A stretch of DNA of 64,000 nucleotides from Eledone cirrhosa (Eukaryota), in the NCBI GenBank assembly GCA_964016885.1, contig OZ024743.1, positions 250,294,001 through 250,358,000 of the forward strand, given 5' to 3'. The position numbers and the translations under genes are program-made. Under the pieces are notes generated by a model. It saw only the letters and a program-made list of their open reading frames with translations. It was not told where the DNA came from and did no database searches. Shown piece after piece: positions 12,749-26,187 of this stretch (position 1 is its first letter; each line of letters opens with the position of its first letter).

Positions 12749-12750
<2 letters not shown>
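12655..12750 (+). mobile_element. Terminal fragment of the same element as 4060-4152, flanked by (TA)n on both sides
   Basis: Near-identical TACTCTGCCATGTATTGAGTACCTTACTTACTGTGGTTA...CGACTCAACCCGG...ACGTATATA. Confidence 0.75.
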
Positions 12751-12812
<62 letters not shown>

Positions 12813-12814
12813 AT

Positions 12815-13010
<196 letters not shown>

Positions 13011-13479
13011 ATATATATATATAAGATGATGTATAATAGATAGTTTACAATATATTATCTACAAATGCATCTTACCTTCTGACTCAGCTCTGATACAAAC
13101 ACCACAAAGTACAGATTAATTATTAAATATAATTATTGATCATTTCAATCAATCTGTGAATGTGTGTGTTTGTGTGTGTGAATGAATGAGTGTTCATATG
13201 GATATATGAATAATTCACTTCTTATATATATATCATATATATATAAAAATCCATTCCTCTATCAGCCTCTCTCACTCCGCCTCTGTATATATATATATAT
13301 ATACATATATATAATTTTTCTATATTTCTGTCTATTGTTTACATATTGAATATTGAACTTTATATTGCAAGTCAGCACTTACACGTGTGTATATATATAT
13401 ATATATATATGTATGTGTCTCTATATGTATATATGTATGTATGGACATTACTAGTTGAGTTCTAGCATCATCACATAAT

Positions 13480-13970
13480 CACTGTTTACCGTCCAATTTT
13501 AATTTTTCCACACTGGCATGGATTAGTCGAGTTATCCTGTTGTGAGCAATGCTTGGTCAGGTGACCATGTCATGATCATACAGAACTGATTTTGGCTTGG
13601 TTTCTACAGCTGGATGCCCTTCCTAGCACCAACCTCATTTACAGTGTGTACTGGGTGCTTTTTTGCTGTGACACCTACATGACTACTTTACTGTGTGGAT
13701 TGGGTGCTTTTTGCTGAAACACCTACACGACCACTTTACAGTGTGAGCTGGGCACATTTTGTCATGTCACCATCATGACTGCTTTACAGTGTAGGCTGGA
13801 GATTTCACTGGATGTATAATCCAGGTCATCCTCATGGAAGATGTATGGGAGTGGGTGAGGTGGTGCATATTATACATATGCTTCATCTTCACCTGTACCT
13901 GTGGGAAGTTGGGTCTTTTGTATTGCTGTGTAATGCCAGAAAACTCGGTCCTGTGTCATCGCCTTTTGGC
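13480..13970 (-). mobile_element. RTE 3' end / 3' UTR with about four copies of the ~50-bp repeat
   Basis: Reverse complement of the RTE tail (TTTCTACAGCTGGATGCCCTTCC) and of the ACTTTACAGTGTG...GGGTGCTTTT units. Confidence 0.8.
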
Positions 13971-14138
13971 AGGAATTCCACGTTTTGAATTCCCCCACCA
14001 TAACTTGTTTTTCTCTTACAACGGTTTTCCTCTATTGTAGAGGTCATGTGTCATGATAGCATTGGGCTGCTGGATTTTTAACCTAGTGGTACGTGCTATT
14101 ATGCACAACTTAAGACCTAACTATCGAGTATGGGCATT

Positions 14139-14262
14139 CCCTGCTGAAGAAATGTGATAACCCGATTCTGTAATGTTTACTGATACTGCGCAATTTCTAC
14201 ATACTGGTGTTTTAATAACTGTGATAGGCAGAATATTGCATAGAAACAGAATCCATCCAGGA
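14139..14262 (+). ncRNA. Putative decayed type I hammerhead ribozyme with a long stem II insertion (Penelope-type)
   Basis: CCTG / CTGAAGA (14144-14150) / ATGTGATA...TATTGCAT stem / GAAAC (14243-14247) / ATC / CAGG. Stem III is degraded. Confidence 0.45.
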
Positions 14263-14834
14263 GTTAGATACATGACATATTTTTACCAAAACACTGCCAC
14301 TGTACTTCCTTTATAACTATTATGTGAGTACTAAGAACCTCAATATGTACTATCATAACTGCAAGCTTATTGTCTCATTGAATGAACGGGTCATGGCTGG
14401 AGATCACAGAAATATTTTCAATGATTTTCATAAGCTGTGAACAATGTCCAGGAATCCGAAGAGATATCCTGGTAGAAGTTCAAGTAGAGTCTAAGTAAAA
14501 TCCAATTCCTCGGTGAAGGTTTAATGTAAGAGTCCAATGCCACACACACACACGTGTGCGTGTGTGTGTGTGGCATTGGACTCATAGTCTTTAATCAGGT
14601 AAGAAACTAGAGTGAAGTAAGGAGAGAAAAGAAGATGTAGGACAAAAAAATAAGAAAAATTTTAATCATATGTGAATGAGGGCTTTAAAGAACAATACAT
14701 GCCCAATGAGAATTGTGTGTATACAACATCATACATACATAAATAGATGCATATGATATATATGATTCCGCCCCCTCTCTCTCTCTCAATATATATATGT
14801 ATATATGGAAGATGGACGTTAAATGATGATGATG

Positions 14835-14865
<31 letters not shown>

Positions 14866-14995
14866 ATAGTTTAATGTAACATGTTTAATCTTCTTAATTA
14901 GTTAGTGAAATAGAAGCAGTGGCCTGGATCTGAATATTCACTTTGGGGATAGTAGTTATAGCAATACTGTATATGTGTATATTATGTTACATGCA

Positions 14996-15076
<81 letters not shown>

Positions 15077-15479
15077 TGGTCAACAAATCATACATTAGTT
15101 TTTATTGTATACATAGCCATATTAATATTTATATTTATTCATTCTAGCACAAATGACCAAGAACAGCAGGAGGTTTGTTACAGGTATAGATGTCAGTGAC
15201 ACTAGCTAACACTCTCTCAGTTGGTCACATACATTGATAACCACAGAGTTAGCTGTGGCCAATTTTTGCCACTGCTTCCCCCAACCCTTAGTTCAGTTGA
15301 CTGATAGTCTTTAATGTCTATCCTCAATTACTCTCTCTAAATTCTTCACTCACATAATTAAGCTATCTCTCTCTCTTGCATATCAAAGATCTACATACAT
15401 ACACATAACTCATTCTGTATTCCACATTCTTCATTAGTTTATTGAAAGAGAAGCAGTGAGCCAGAGCTGTGTATTGGTG

Positions 15480-15760
15480 CACAGGAGTAGTCAGCAGTAA
15501 GAGTACTCATAAAATACGTTTAGAAGACTGACTATGCAACCTCATTAAAAAAAGCTTATCTCTCAGAATGAAGATACGATGCTTGTGTTCAAACTACTAT
15601 GCTGTATGACAGCAAGACATTGGCCATGAGTGTAGAAGATTTGTGGTGGCTGTATGTGAAAAAAAAAGGCATGACTGAGCTGAAAGAAAAGTTGAGAATA
15701 AGAGGATTGAATGCAGCATGACAGAGAGACAATTGCAAGGGTATGGTCATGTGGAGCATG
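15480..15760 (+). pseudogene. Highly decayed RTE RT C-terminal fragment; a similar one lies at 22560-22850
   Basis: Residual YDACVQTTMLYDSKTLA, ELKEKLRIRG, ERQLQGYGHV, homologous to the 27820-28070 region. Confidence 0.7.
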
Positions 15761-16460
15761 CAAAGAGTGAGATTTATAAAAAAAAAAAACACAACAAAAC
15801 AAAACAAAAAGAGCCACAAGCAGTCTACGTCGATGGAAGAGGGAGACCAGGGAAGAACCTGGACCTTGCAAAGGATATGATACAGGACCAAACTGACTGG
15901 CAATATGCCATAATACAAAACACTTATCCACCAGTGCAAGGATTGTGACACTCAAAGTAAGTGTGGTGAGAGATGAGAGGCCACAGTGTTTGATGATTGA
16001 ATGGAGACAATATAGGATTTGAAAGAACAGGATTCTGCGCTAGAGAGGTTTTCCACCATGGAAAAGGTTATAAAATGTGTGAGGAAAGATCTTTGATGAT
16101 TAAAGTATGGAAGAATGGATTTTTGATGTGACTAATAATAAAACTAAAGTGGAACACAACTGGTGCATATGTATTTATTGGCAGCATGATCCTCCCAAAG
16201 TTCGCACACACACACATATATATATAGGATGAGAGAAAGAAAGAGAGAGGGCATATAGACAAATGCATACAATATGTGTAGTATTTTCAGCTGTGGTAAT
16301 ATCATGGTTACCTATATATCCCTCTGTAAACAGGTATCTCAGGATTCTTTATCTATCTTCAGTGGATGCTTAATTACTAAAGTACAGAGGCACAGACATC
16401 AATACCTTCCTATATATAGATTTTGTAAGCTAGATAAATAAACCTTCATTAAAAATGATA

Positions 16461-16497
<37 letters not shown>

Positions 16498-16615
16498 GTT
16501 TGTATATGTATAATAAAGCCAAAACAATGCAGGTATGGACATAGAATAAAGAATGCAAATGCAAAAGATATTGTTGACAATTAGTCTTTTACCTTAGATT
16601 TATTTATAACTTCCT

Positions 16616-16656
<41 letters not shown>

Positions 16657-17313
16657 GCATATACACACACACACATAGGCTCAGTTATAAACATACATAC
16701 ACCTACATACATACCAATATACACACATTACAAATACACACATACAATCACATGCAAACATACAAACACACTCACATACATACACACACACACATATACA
16801 TACACATACATCTACATATACACATACATATATCTATACATGTACATACATACATGCATACACAGATACATACATACACATACATGTAATGCATCAATCT
16901 TATTTGATTAAGTTCTGCTTACATATTCTAAAATAACAACAACAACAATAACAGCAACAAAGAAACTAACAACACCATCAAAAATTTGACAAAACTAATG
17001 ATAATCTTTGATGCTAAGCAACTAAAGAACCAAAGACAAACGGTAAATAAATAGTAAATACTATTTGCAACGTCAGACAGACCTGAGATCTTCTCACAGC
17101 TCACAAACTTATCTGATTCAAGCAAGTATTTTATTTTTGATATTTTCTAAAGATTTTTGTTGAAAATTTTCTGCCATTGGATTCTGACTGAAACCTGATC
17201 TGCTCAATTTTAATACAAGACTTTAAACACTAATTACTGTTGCAGATAAACACGCACATACACACACATATATATATATATATATATACCTGCATATATG
17301 CACACACATACAC

Positions 17314-17356
<43 letters not shown>

Positions 17357-17358
<2 letters not shown>

Positions 17359-17800
17359 GGAGGCACATGGCTTAGTGGTTAGAGCATTGGCCTTGCAATC
17401 GAAAGGTTGTGAGTTCAATTCTCAGACCGGGTGATGTGTTGTTTCCTTGAGCAAGACACCTTATTTCACATTGCTCCAGTTTACTCAGCTGTAGAAATGA
17501 GATGGTAGGGACTGGGGTCCCTATCATTCCACTGCAAAGTGGTCGTGGAGGTGCCACAACAAAAATAGCACCCAGCCCACACTGTAAAGTGGTCGTGGAG
17601 GTACCACGGCAAAAAAACACCCAGCCCTCACTGTAAAGTGGACGTGTAGATGCCACGAAAAAAAAAGCACCCAGCACACACTGTAAATGAGGTTGGTGTT
17701 AGGAAGGGCATCCAGCTGTAGAAATCAAGCTAGAATCAGTTCCAGTCCCACCCTTGCAAGCAGGGAAAAACGGATGTAAAATGAAATGATGATGATGATG
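17357..17800 (+). mobile_element. Full-length family A SINE with three internal ~50-bp repeats
   Basis: GGAGGCACATGGCTTAGTGGTTAGAGCATTGGCCTTGCAATCGAAAGGTTGTGAGTTCAATTC head, three GTGGTCGTGGAGG...CACTGTAAA units at 17538-17687, RTE tail, (GAT)n. Confidence 0.9.
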
Positions 17801-17814
17801 ATATATATACAGAT

Positions 17815-17857
<43 letters not shown>

Positions 17858-18334
17858 CACATGCACACATATATATAAAGTTAAAACAATGTTGTCTCTG
17901 ATTGAAACGAAGTGAGAGTGTATTTGAATACATATAAACATGAGAAAACTCCTCGCTAGGACAACCGTTAAAACAGCCAAATACTGCTGAAGACAGCAAT
18001 GGGCAAAAAGTGCCTCAGAGGACAGAAACCAGCGGACAGTCATCAACAGAGAGACAATACACAAGGAGGGTGACAGGCAGATGGAATATAGAAAAGATAG
18101 AAAGAGGAAAAGGACAAGGAGAAGTGTGTTGGCACACAGAAGGGAATGGAAAAAGGAAATAAAGAAAGGCAATGTACAAGACAAGTTTACACACACACAT
18201 CTTCACCCTCATCAGCTCTCAAACCAGCAAAATGGTTTTGCACAATTTAATTGAGAGTACCATTTTAAAATGCTGGAGCATGCAACAGAAAAATAAATCT
18301 TTCTGCTGGTATGATGTGTGCATGATAAAATAAA

Positions 18335-19095
18335 TAGAAGGACGGATGCTCATGCAGAAGGCCAGATACATGTCCACTAGACCAACATTGCAACACTCCA
18401 GCAGTGATATATCAAGCTGCAGTCACCTCTACCAACCAGAACCACCAAACTGGACATATGTCAGAATGTCCAAAAACCAGTACCTGAACCATGAAACTCC
18501 CTTCAGATACCCTAAGAAAAAACATGCCAACCAGATCGCAAATCATGAATGGAACCTTAAAAATAACGGCACATCTTTTTCCATTAAATGGAGTATATTA
18601 TAAAAATCTAACTCTTATGTTATTGGGACGAAATGTTGCTGTCTATGTAACTTGGAAAAGTGGAATATAATCACACAACTGGCTGCAGAGAAACACTGCT
18701 AAAATACACGCCTTGACTGCTTTAGTCACTGTCCCCATAAACCTAATTCATTCTGAGAAAATGTTTTAGATTAGACTAAATAATTTGAATTTCAAGGAAT
18801 ATAATTTCTTTGAATTACTAATTTGAATTTCAAGGAATTTGATTTCTTTGAATTACTAACTTAGCACAAATTCCCTGCATTTGGGATTTTTTGACGTATC
18901 TAGTAATTTTAACGTATCTAGTAATTTTGTTTATTTGTAGTTAATTTCGAAATTACCTGCCATTGAAGAGCTCTCACATTTTTCTAAAACACTCCAATCA
19001 AACGTGGGAGTAGCCATCTTCTATTTATATAACAGTCTGGAGGAATTTATTGTGCATAACCCAATGAAATGTAAGTACCTGTACATGTCACTATT
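18335..19095 (+). mobile_element. Decayed Penelope-like element 3' end: GIY-YIG endonuclease pseudogene plus hammerhead-like remnants
   Basis: Across frames: CSCRRPDTCPLDQHCNTPAVIYQAAV...WTYV...HETPFRYPKKKH...WNLKNNG...IKWSIL...SY...KCCCLCNLEK...CPHK, collinear with 55234-55690. Decayed cores at ~18962 and 19037-19077. Confidence 0.75.
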
Positions 19096-19116
19096 GTAAC
19101 TAATTACACACACACA

Positions 19117-19198
<82 letters not shown>

Positions 19199-19202
19199 TA
19201 TA

Positions 19203-19233
<31 letters not shown>

Positions 19234-19240
19234 AAGTGAT

Positions 19241-19556
19241 ATTGGAAATAGCACGGAAAATATATTTAAGGATCTGTTTTGCTATTTTTCTTCTTTGAAA
19301 AAAGGAGTTTTATAATGTATATAAAATATATATTTTATATACATTATAAAAGTCCTTTTTTTTTAAAGAATTGTTCCTCTTATTTTTTCAATAATGTCAC
19401 TTTGATGAATCAAAGAAGAAAAACAGATCCTTGAATATATTTTCTGTGCCTTTCCCAATTCCAATTTTTTCTATATAAAGCATAAAAACTGTGAAACCGG
19501 TAAAGGAAATAAATAATAGTCTTAAAAAGACTCCAGTTGCATTTTCGATTTCTTTT

Positions 19557-19563
<7 letters not shown>
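19241..19563 (+). mobile_element. Penelope-type terminal fragment with an imperfect fold-back palindrome and GAAACCGGTA motif
   Basis: Palindrome centred at 19329/19330 with outer arms at 19241-19297 and 19410-19459. GAAACCGGTA at 19493-19502. Ends in (TA)n. Confidence 0.6.
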
Positions 19564-19638
<75 letters not shown>

Positions 19639-20014
19639 ACCTAACATAGGGTAAGGATTGTTTGTGGGTACGTTTATGTGTGTGTACATATGCACATATG
19701 TATATATATATATACATATGTGTGTATATGTGTGTTTGGGAGCGTGTCTGTCTTTGTGCCTCTCTATATGGACAGTCGTGTGTATGTGTGTGCGTGTCTA
19801 TGTATATGTCTGTACGTGTTTCTGTATATGAGTAGATGTACGCGTATGCATGTGTGTGTCCTTGTATGCGTGTGCGTGTGTGCGTGCGTGTGAGAGCTGA
19901 TGTACGAGGGCATGTGGACGCGTCTGTTGTTAGTTATATGGTCGTGGGCATGTGTGTGTGTATGTGAGTGTGAGTGTGTATATGTATATAGGTGTGTATA
20001 TATACATATGTGCT

Positions 20015-20049
<35 letters not shown>

Positions 20050-20499
20050 ATGTGTATGTATATATGTGTGTGTGCATATGTGTGTGTGAGTGACTTGTGA
20101 AATCCAAACCCAGCATGAATTCATTGAAGTGTGTCGGACGGAGAGTAGTTGATGGACAATATGGCAGCATCTATTGGCCAGAATTTATGATGACGTAGAA
20201 AAACAGCCAACAGCAGGACAAGCGAGGAAGATCTTTTTTGAAGCTAACACTCCAGTGAGAAAAAATGTTCTGAAATTATTGCCAGTGTCCGATGAACCTG
20301 CAGTTCTAGAATCAGACAGATCCATACAATGATCGTGTCTCGAGGTGTCAATTGTAACACACAATAAATTGAGTCCAAATGCATCACTGATTTTTCGTTT
20401 TATATTATATCACACTCTGCTCTGTAAGAACATAGAGTGCTGAACTGGCATACAGCCTATGGAAGCATCATAGTTACCATTAAACACACACACACACGC

Positions 20500-20549
<50 letters not shown>

Positions 20550-20557
20550 GTATGTAT

Positions 20558-21563
20558 ATGCAACTGGATGCTTTTTAAGAATATTTATTTATTTCCTTTA
20601 CCGGTTTCACAGTTCTTATGTTTTTCAAAAGTAGAATTAGTATGGAGGGTTTGTTGTCTTTGTTGCATCTGGTTGGTGTTTGAATGTTCTTTCTGTTTTA
20701 TGTGGAAAGAATGGCTCGAATTGCTGGGTTTAAAAAAAAAGTAATTTGGTTGGTTAATGGCTGTCACATGAATAAGTACATCAAATTTCGTACAAGTTTG
20801 TGTTTGACGGTTCTTTATTGCCATTTTCACAGTCACATGATTAGCCATATAATATATCTTTCTTTATTTGTCACAGGGGCGTTCAAAAATGGGACATTAC
20901 AAGACGTGATGGCAGGGGTTTTACATAAAAATCATATAACTTTAATATTAATAAATAACAATAAACTATATATAATAAAATAACAATTGAAATCCCCAAT
21001 AGTGGGTAACGTTACTGCAGGGTTGTTTTACACCCCGTGGATAGAACAACCCTCAACACCAGGAACACGTTTTGTAGGTGTTCCTGTCTTCCCTCTGTTT
21101 ATCTCCCTCAACCTACAGGTTTATATACAGAGAAGGCCCATTCACTCCGGCCATTTTCGCCACATTCACCCACCTTTCAGCGAATTTACTGGGGTGTAGC
21201 ACGTCTCTCTCCACTCTCCACTCTCACCTTCCTTCTGAAGGGGATAAGTTGTTGTCTGGAGAGAAAGGTGTTTGCCCTCAGTCCTTTTAACTTCATCCAC
21301 CATATTACCTCTTTCGCCATAGTCACCAGACAGAATGGTTTGTCATAGAAAGTTTTGTGCCAAACAAAAGATAATGGTCAAGAAATGGGAGGGGGAGAAA
21401 TAGTTCTGGTTCAGTGAGTATGGCTGATGTCAAGCTGAGGTTTAAAAAATTCAGACTTTTTATTTAAATAAATTGAATGATTGTGTTGATAGTGGAGGTG
21501 GCAGGGTAGAAAAGAGAAATATATATTTTTATTTGTGTGCATTTTCGATTTCTTTTCCTTATA
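20558..21563 (-). mobile_element. 5'-truncated Penelope-like remnant with an inverted terminal piece
   Basis: The minus strand near 21470 codes YLNKKSEFF (compare ILNKKSEA at 55586). Its 3' end at 20558-20630 is the reverse complement of 19480-19542. The segment 21539-21563 is the element terminus in the opposite orientation. Confidence 0.55.
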
Positions 21564-21614
21564 AATTCACCTGTGTAGGATATCTCATTTTTTTATTTTA
21601 AAAAAACCTCATTT

Positions 21615-21649
<35 letters not shown>

Positions 21650-23513
21650 AATATGTATGTATATATACTTAACACACACTCACATATGTATATATATATA
21701 CATACCAATGTGTATTTATATAAACTAATATACATATAAACACTGATATAGTGGTGATTTTGATCTTGATGATTGTGTTTGTGATGATGTTGATAGTGTT
21801 GGTGGTCGTGGCTGCTGTGCTGGTCATGATGAAGATAATGATAATAGCAATGGTGATGATGGAGAGGGTGGTGATGGCAATTATGATGATGATGGGATTG
21901 AGGATGATGACAAAAATTATGGTGATGACAATAAACATTTGCTGACTAATTAGATACTGAAAATGCTGCTGCTGGGAATGATGATAATGATGTTATAAAC
22001 ATCTCTATTTTGCTGACAGCTTTATAATTTGGTATATAGAAATAGTTTCAGTGAGTGATTGAAAGATAAATACACAAACGATAACATTAGTACAAACTCA
22101 CATCTCATATATAGAGCAGGCATAGATAAAATTGATAGGGGGGTTATATATTTATTCTATAAAAAATATACCAAAAAAATGTATGTATATTTAAGGTGCA
22201 GGAATGGCTGAGTAGTTAAGGAGTTCTCTTTACAACCATGTGGTTCTAAGTTCAGTCCTGCTGCCTGCCACTTTAGGGTACATGTCTTTTACAATAGTCT
22301 CAGGCTGGCCAATATCTTCTGAGTGGAATTTAGTACATGGAAACTGCAAAAGCCCATCACATATGTGTGTGTGTGTGTCTGTGTGTGCGCGTGTGTGTTT
22401 GTGTGTTCATGTGTCTGTGTTTATCTCCCATAACTTAAGCAACTGAAGAAAAAGGAGATCAATAAAAGAGGAATCAGACATGAAAAATAAGTACTTGGTG
22501 TTCATATGACCAGCAAAATCAAGGTAGTTCCCCAACATGACCATAGTCAAATCACTGAGACACATAAAGAATAAAAGAATATATATATATGAGAAAAGTT
22601 GAATATAAGAGGTATTAGATGCAGTATACAATAGAGAAGACTGGTTGGACATGTGATGTGTAGGAAAAATGACAGCTGTATAAAAAGTTGTAGTGCAGTC
22701 AATGTTAATGGAAACTGTGGAAGAGGGAGACCCAAGGAGACTTGGAATGATGTGGTCAAGGCTGAGTTTGTAAAGCTGAAGCTCATGAAGGAGATAAGAC
22801 CAATTCACCTGGTCTGCAGAAAACATGCCTTCTCACGAACGTGGTGAAACTCAAGAAAGAGAAAAGTAGACAGGCCCAATCATCCTGCCCATTTTCCATA
22901 ACTTATCCCCCTACTCTCCATCAACATACTTCACTCCCCCACTTCCCTCATCTAATACAAACTGTTGTGTTTTTATTCCGAATAACTATCTTCCCTTAGA
23001 TGAATAGAATTTGTTGTACACTCAGTAGAATGTGAAACCATATGTAAGTGAGATGCAGATCCCTGGCTTCTCTAGGAGATCAATAGCCTCAATTCAGTAC
23101 TGACTTAGTGTATCTGTCCAACTTTTGTTAACAGGGAAAGCAGATATTAAAATGATGATGACAGCGATATATCCATCTATAGTCATTCATACAAAAAATT
23201 AAAAATTAAACATTGTCACATAAAAAAATTAAGTTTATTATAAAAACTAAAATTCAAAAATGATATTTCATTTATTTCATTACAATTTTTTCTTTCTTTG
23301 TTTTGTGTTGAAATATTTCAACTTATATTTGCAGAATAAACTTGAAAACTAAATGATAAAAATACAATTAATGTTTCCTAACAGAAATATATTCACAAAT
23401 ATACACAAACATATGTTTATACGGTTAATGAAATATATGTATTGAAATTATAAATACACTAAAACGTTTGATAATAAATAACTAAATAAACACATAAACA
23501 CATAAATAATAAT

Positions 23514-24240
23514 TATTTCTACTTTTGGCACAAGGCCAGCAATTTTGAAGGGAAAGGGAAATTCAATTAAATCAACGCTAGTGGTATTTATTCTGGTACT
23601 TTATTTTATTGACCCTCATAAGAATGAAATGCAAAGTTAACCTCTGCAGGATCTGCACTCAGATCGTATAGAATGTTGTTCAATGCTCTGCTGATACTAC
23701 AAACTCAGAGCCCTTAAATAAATAAAGATAGCAAAACAAAGAATAATAATAATGGTTTCTGATTTAGGCACAAGGCCAGCAATATTAGAGGAGGAAAAAT
23801 GTTATTAAATCGACACCAGTGTGTTACTGGTATTTTATTTTATCGACCTGTAAGGATGAAAGGCAAAGCTAACCTTGGTGGGATTTGAACTCAGAACATA
23901 AATGCTCTACTGACACTGCCAACCCACTGCTCTTCATAACAATTATATGGTTTCTGATTTAATCACAAGGCCAGCAAATTTGGCGCAGAGGAGAAAGTTG
24001 ATTAAATTGATCCCAGTGCATTACTGGTGTTTTATATTATTGACTCCGTAAGGATGCAAAGGCAGAGCTAACCTCGGTGGGATTTTAACTCAGAATGTAA
24101 AGAGTCATAACTGTATGCTGTAAAGAATGTTGTCCGATCCTCTAATGATACTGCCCTCACCACCTTAATAATAAGGGTTTCTGATTTAGGAACAAGGCCA
24201 AAAATTTTGAGGTCAAAGAGAAAGATGATTAAACCAGCCC
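23514..24240 (-). mobile_element. Tandem array of about four family C SINE copies
   Basis: Repeating TTTCT(A/G)(C/A)TTT(A/T)GGCACAAGGCCAGC-like starts at about 23515, 23755, 23950 and 24177. Confidence 0.85.
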
Positions 24241-24430
24241 CATGACTTATATAACATACAGAAAATAGCACTGCCTAGGCAATATACACATAGTATGAAG
24301 AGTATTTTCAATGCAATAGAAACAACAACACTAAAAACAACACTGTAAATACCTAAAGCACACATGGCTGTGTTCAGTAATGCAGTGAACACATGCAGTA
24401 GAAATAAGACTAATGATGATGATGATGATG

Positions 24431-24480
<50 letters not shown>

Positions 24481-26141
24481 CAATGCCAATTAGCTTAAAT
24501 TCTTCTGTCGGTTTGAATAGTCTTCATCATTCTGGCAAATATTTTTTGCAGTTTGCTCAATAACAATATTGATTGGTCAACATTTTTTTTCCATAGATTT
24601 TTATTTTATTATCATTATTATTATTATTTTTGTTGTTATCTTTTTTTGATTTTGATTTTTCTTCTTTTTCGATTTGCAACATTGAAATGCAAAACATTTG
24701 AAGAAGTCAACATGTAGTGAAATGTATTGTTTCCGAAATCAATGGAGAGAAATTTTGCTCCAATAGACAGCCATAGAAATAAGAGACACTTCTCATATCA
24801 AGAGAGAGACAACTAGTGAATGGTGTTCATTTTTGAGTCAATTGATTAGTGTAACACTAATGCTTAATACTAAATAGATTCTTTCTCAATTTTTTAACAT
24901 GGTTGAACAAACAGGAAAAGAAAAAAAAGCTATGAAACACCACATACCATGCACCAGTTATTTTCTAGCTTTGTCATTTAGCCATCTTTCTTCTTCTTCT
25001 GCCATGCAACCATCATATCAGAAAGCATGTCTGCTTGTATGATAGTTGCCACTCTCATTAATGATTATCTCTATTTGAATAATTGACGACTGCAAGAGTC
25101 ACACATTTCTGATGAGTCACAATAGAAGACAGATATTGACGTTTTTGTTGGTGTTTTTTTTTTTTTTTCATTGTCACTCGGTTTTGTCTTTTGACATGAG
25201 GAGCTATTTATTTATTTTTATTTTTTAAATTATTTCTGATTTCTAAACACTCGTTTCATGGATGATATACTATCATAATAGCAATGACAGCAAACTAAAT
25301 AATGAGAAAGTAATTATCATTATTAGTTAGCTGTTGAAATTAACTTTGATTTGGGTAAACAAAACAATTGGGTAATTACTGAACTATGTTAGGGTGAATG
25401 CTGTTAGGCCCAGTAAAAGCATATTTAGTTAACTCTTTTAATAGCAAAACTCCTGAGCCTGCACTTGGTTCTATGATACAAGGCTGTTGTATATTTATCT
25501 AAAATCATCCTATATTTTTATCTGAGAAATTTTGTTATGGTCTAAACATCAGACAAATAAGAGAGAATTAGTTATATTACTAAATTTCTTCAAAGTGTTA
25601 ATTATTTTTTTCATTATTTTAAAATATCATAGTTAGTGTCTTTCATTTTAAATATGGTAATAGCATTTTTAACATGTTTATCTAAAATCCTTCCATCAAT
25701 TTTATGTAAGAACCTTTGTTAAGTTATGTTCCAGAAATTTGGTAATAAAATTATGTTGTCTTCATTGTTTTATGCCCAAGCTTGACCGCTTTACTATCTG
25801 TCAAAAATCATATTTATGGAGAAATTCTTTTCTAAATTAAAATATAAATTTAAGGCATATATTTTCTCTTTAATTTAAATTTAAAAATAACATTTCAGTA
25901 TGATCTATATCAAAACAGAATTAAATATTGATTTGAAACCAAGAAAAATGCAAAAAAAAAAACAAGTTGATAATTTCGTAATTTCTTTCTTCACAGTTAT
26001 TTTAAAACATTCATTTTTTTAAGAATTGCATGATGAAAATGAAAACCAAAATTGATCATTACACAAAGAGAATAATGAAGTATTTTCTCTTTGTATTTCA
26101 AAAATGTATTCTTATAATTGGTTTATTGAAAACTTGAATTA

Positions 26142-26187
<46 letters not shown>

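Noticed and set aside
17357-17435. tRNA gene
   Set aside because: It is a SINE head: A and B boxes are present, but there is no acceptor-stem closure and it runs straight into the SINE core.
17888-17966. Hammerhead candidate bounded by GTTGTCT/GGACAAC
   Set aside because: The core boxes are out of order or missing on both strands. Only the outer stem is convincing.
25108-25142. CTGATGA-GTC...GAC hammerhead-like core
   Set aside because: The stem II candidate is followed by AGATA, not GAAA, and I found no stem I or III. It is probably chance.
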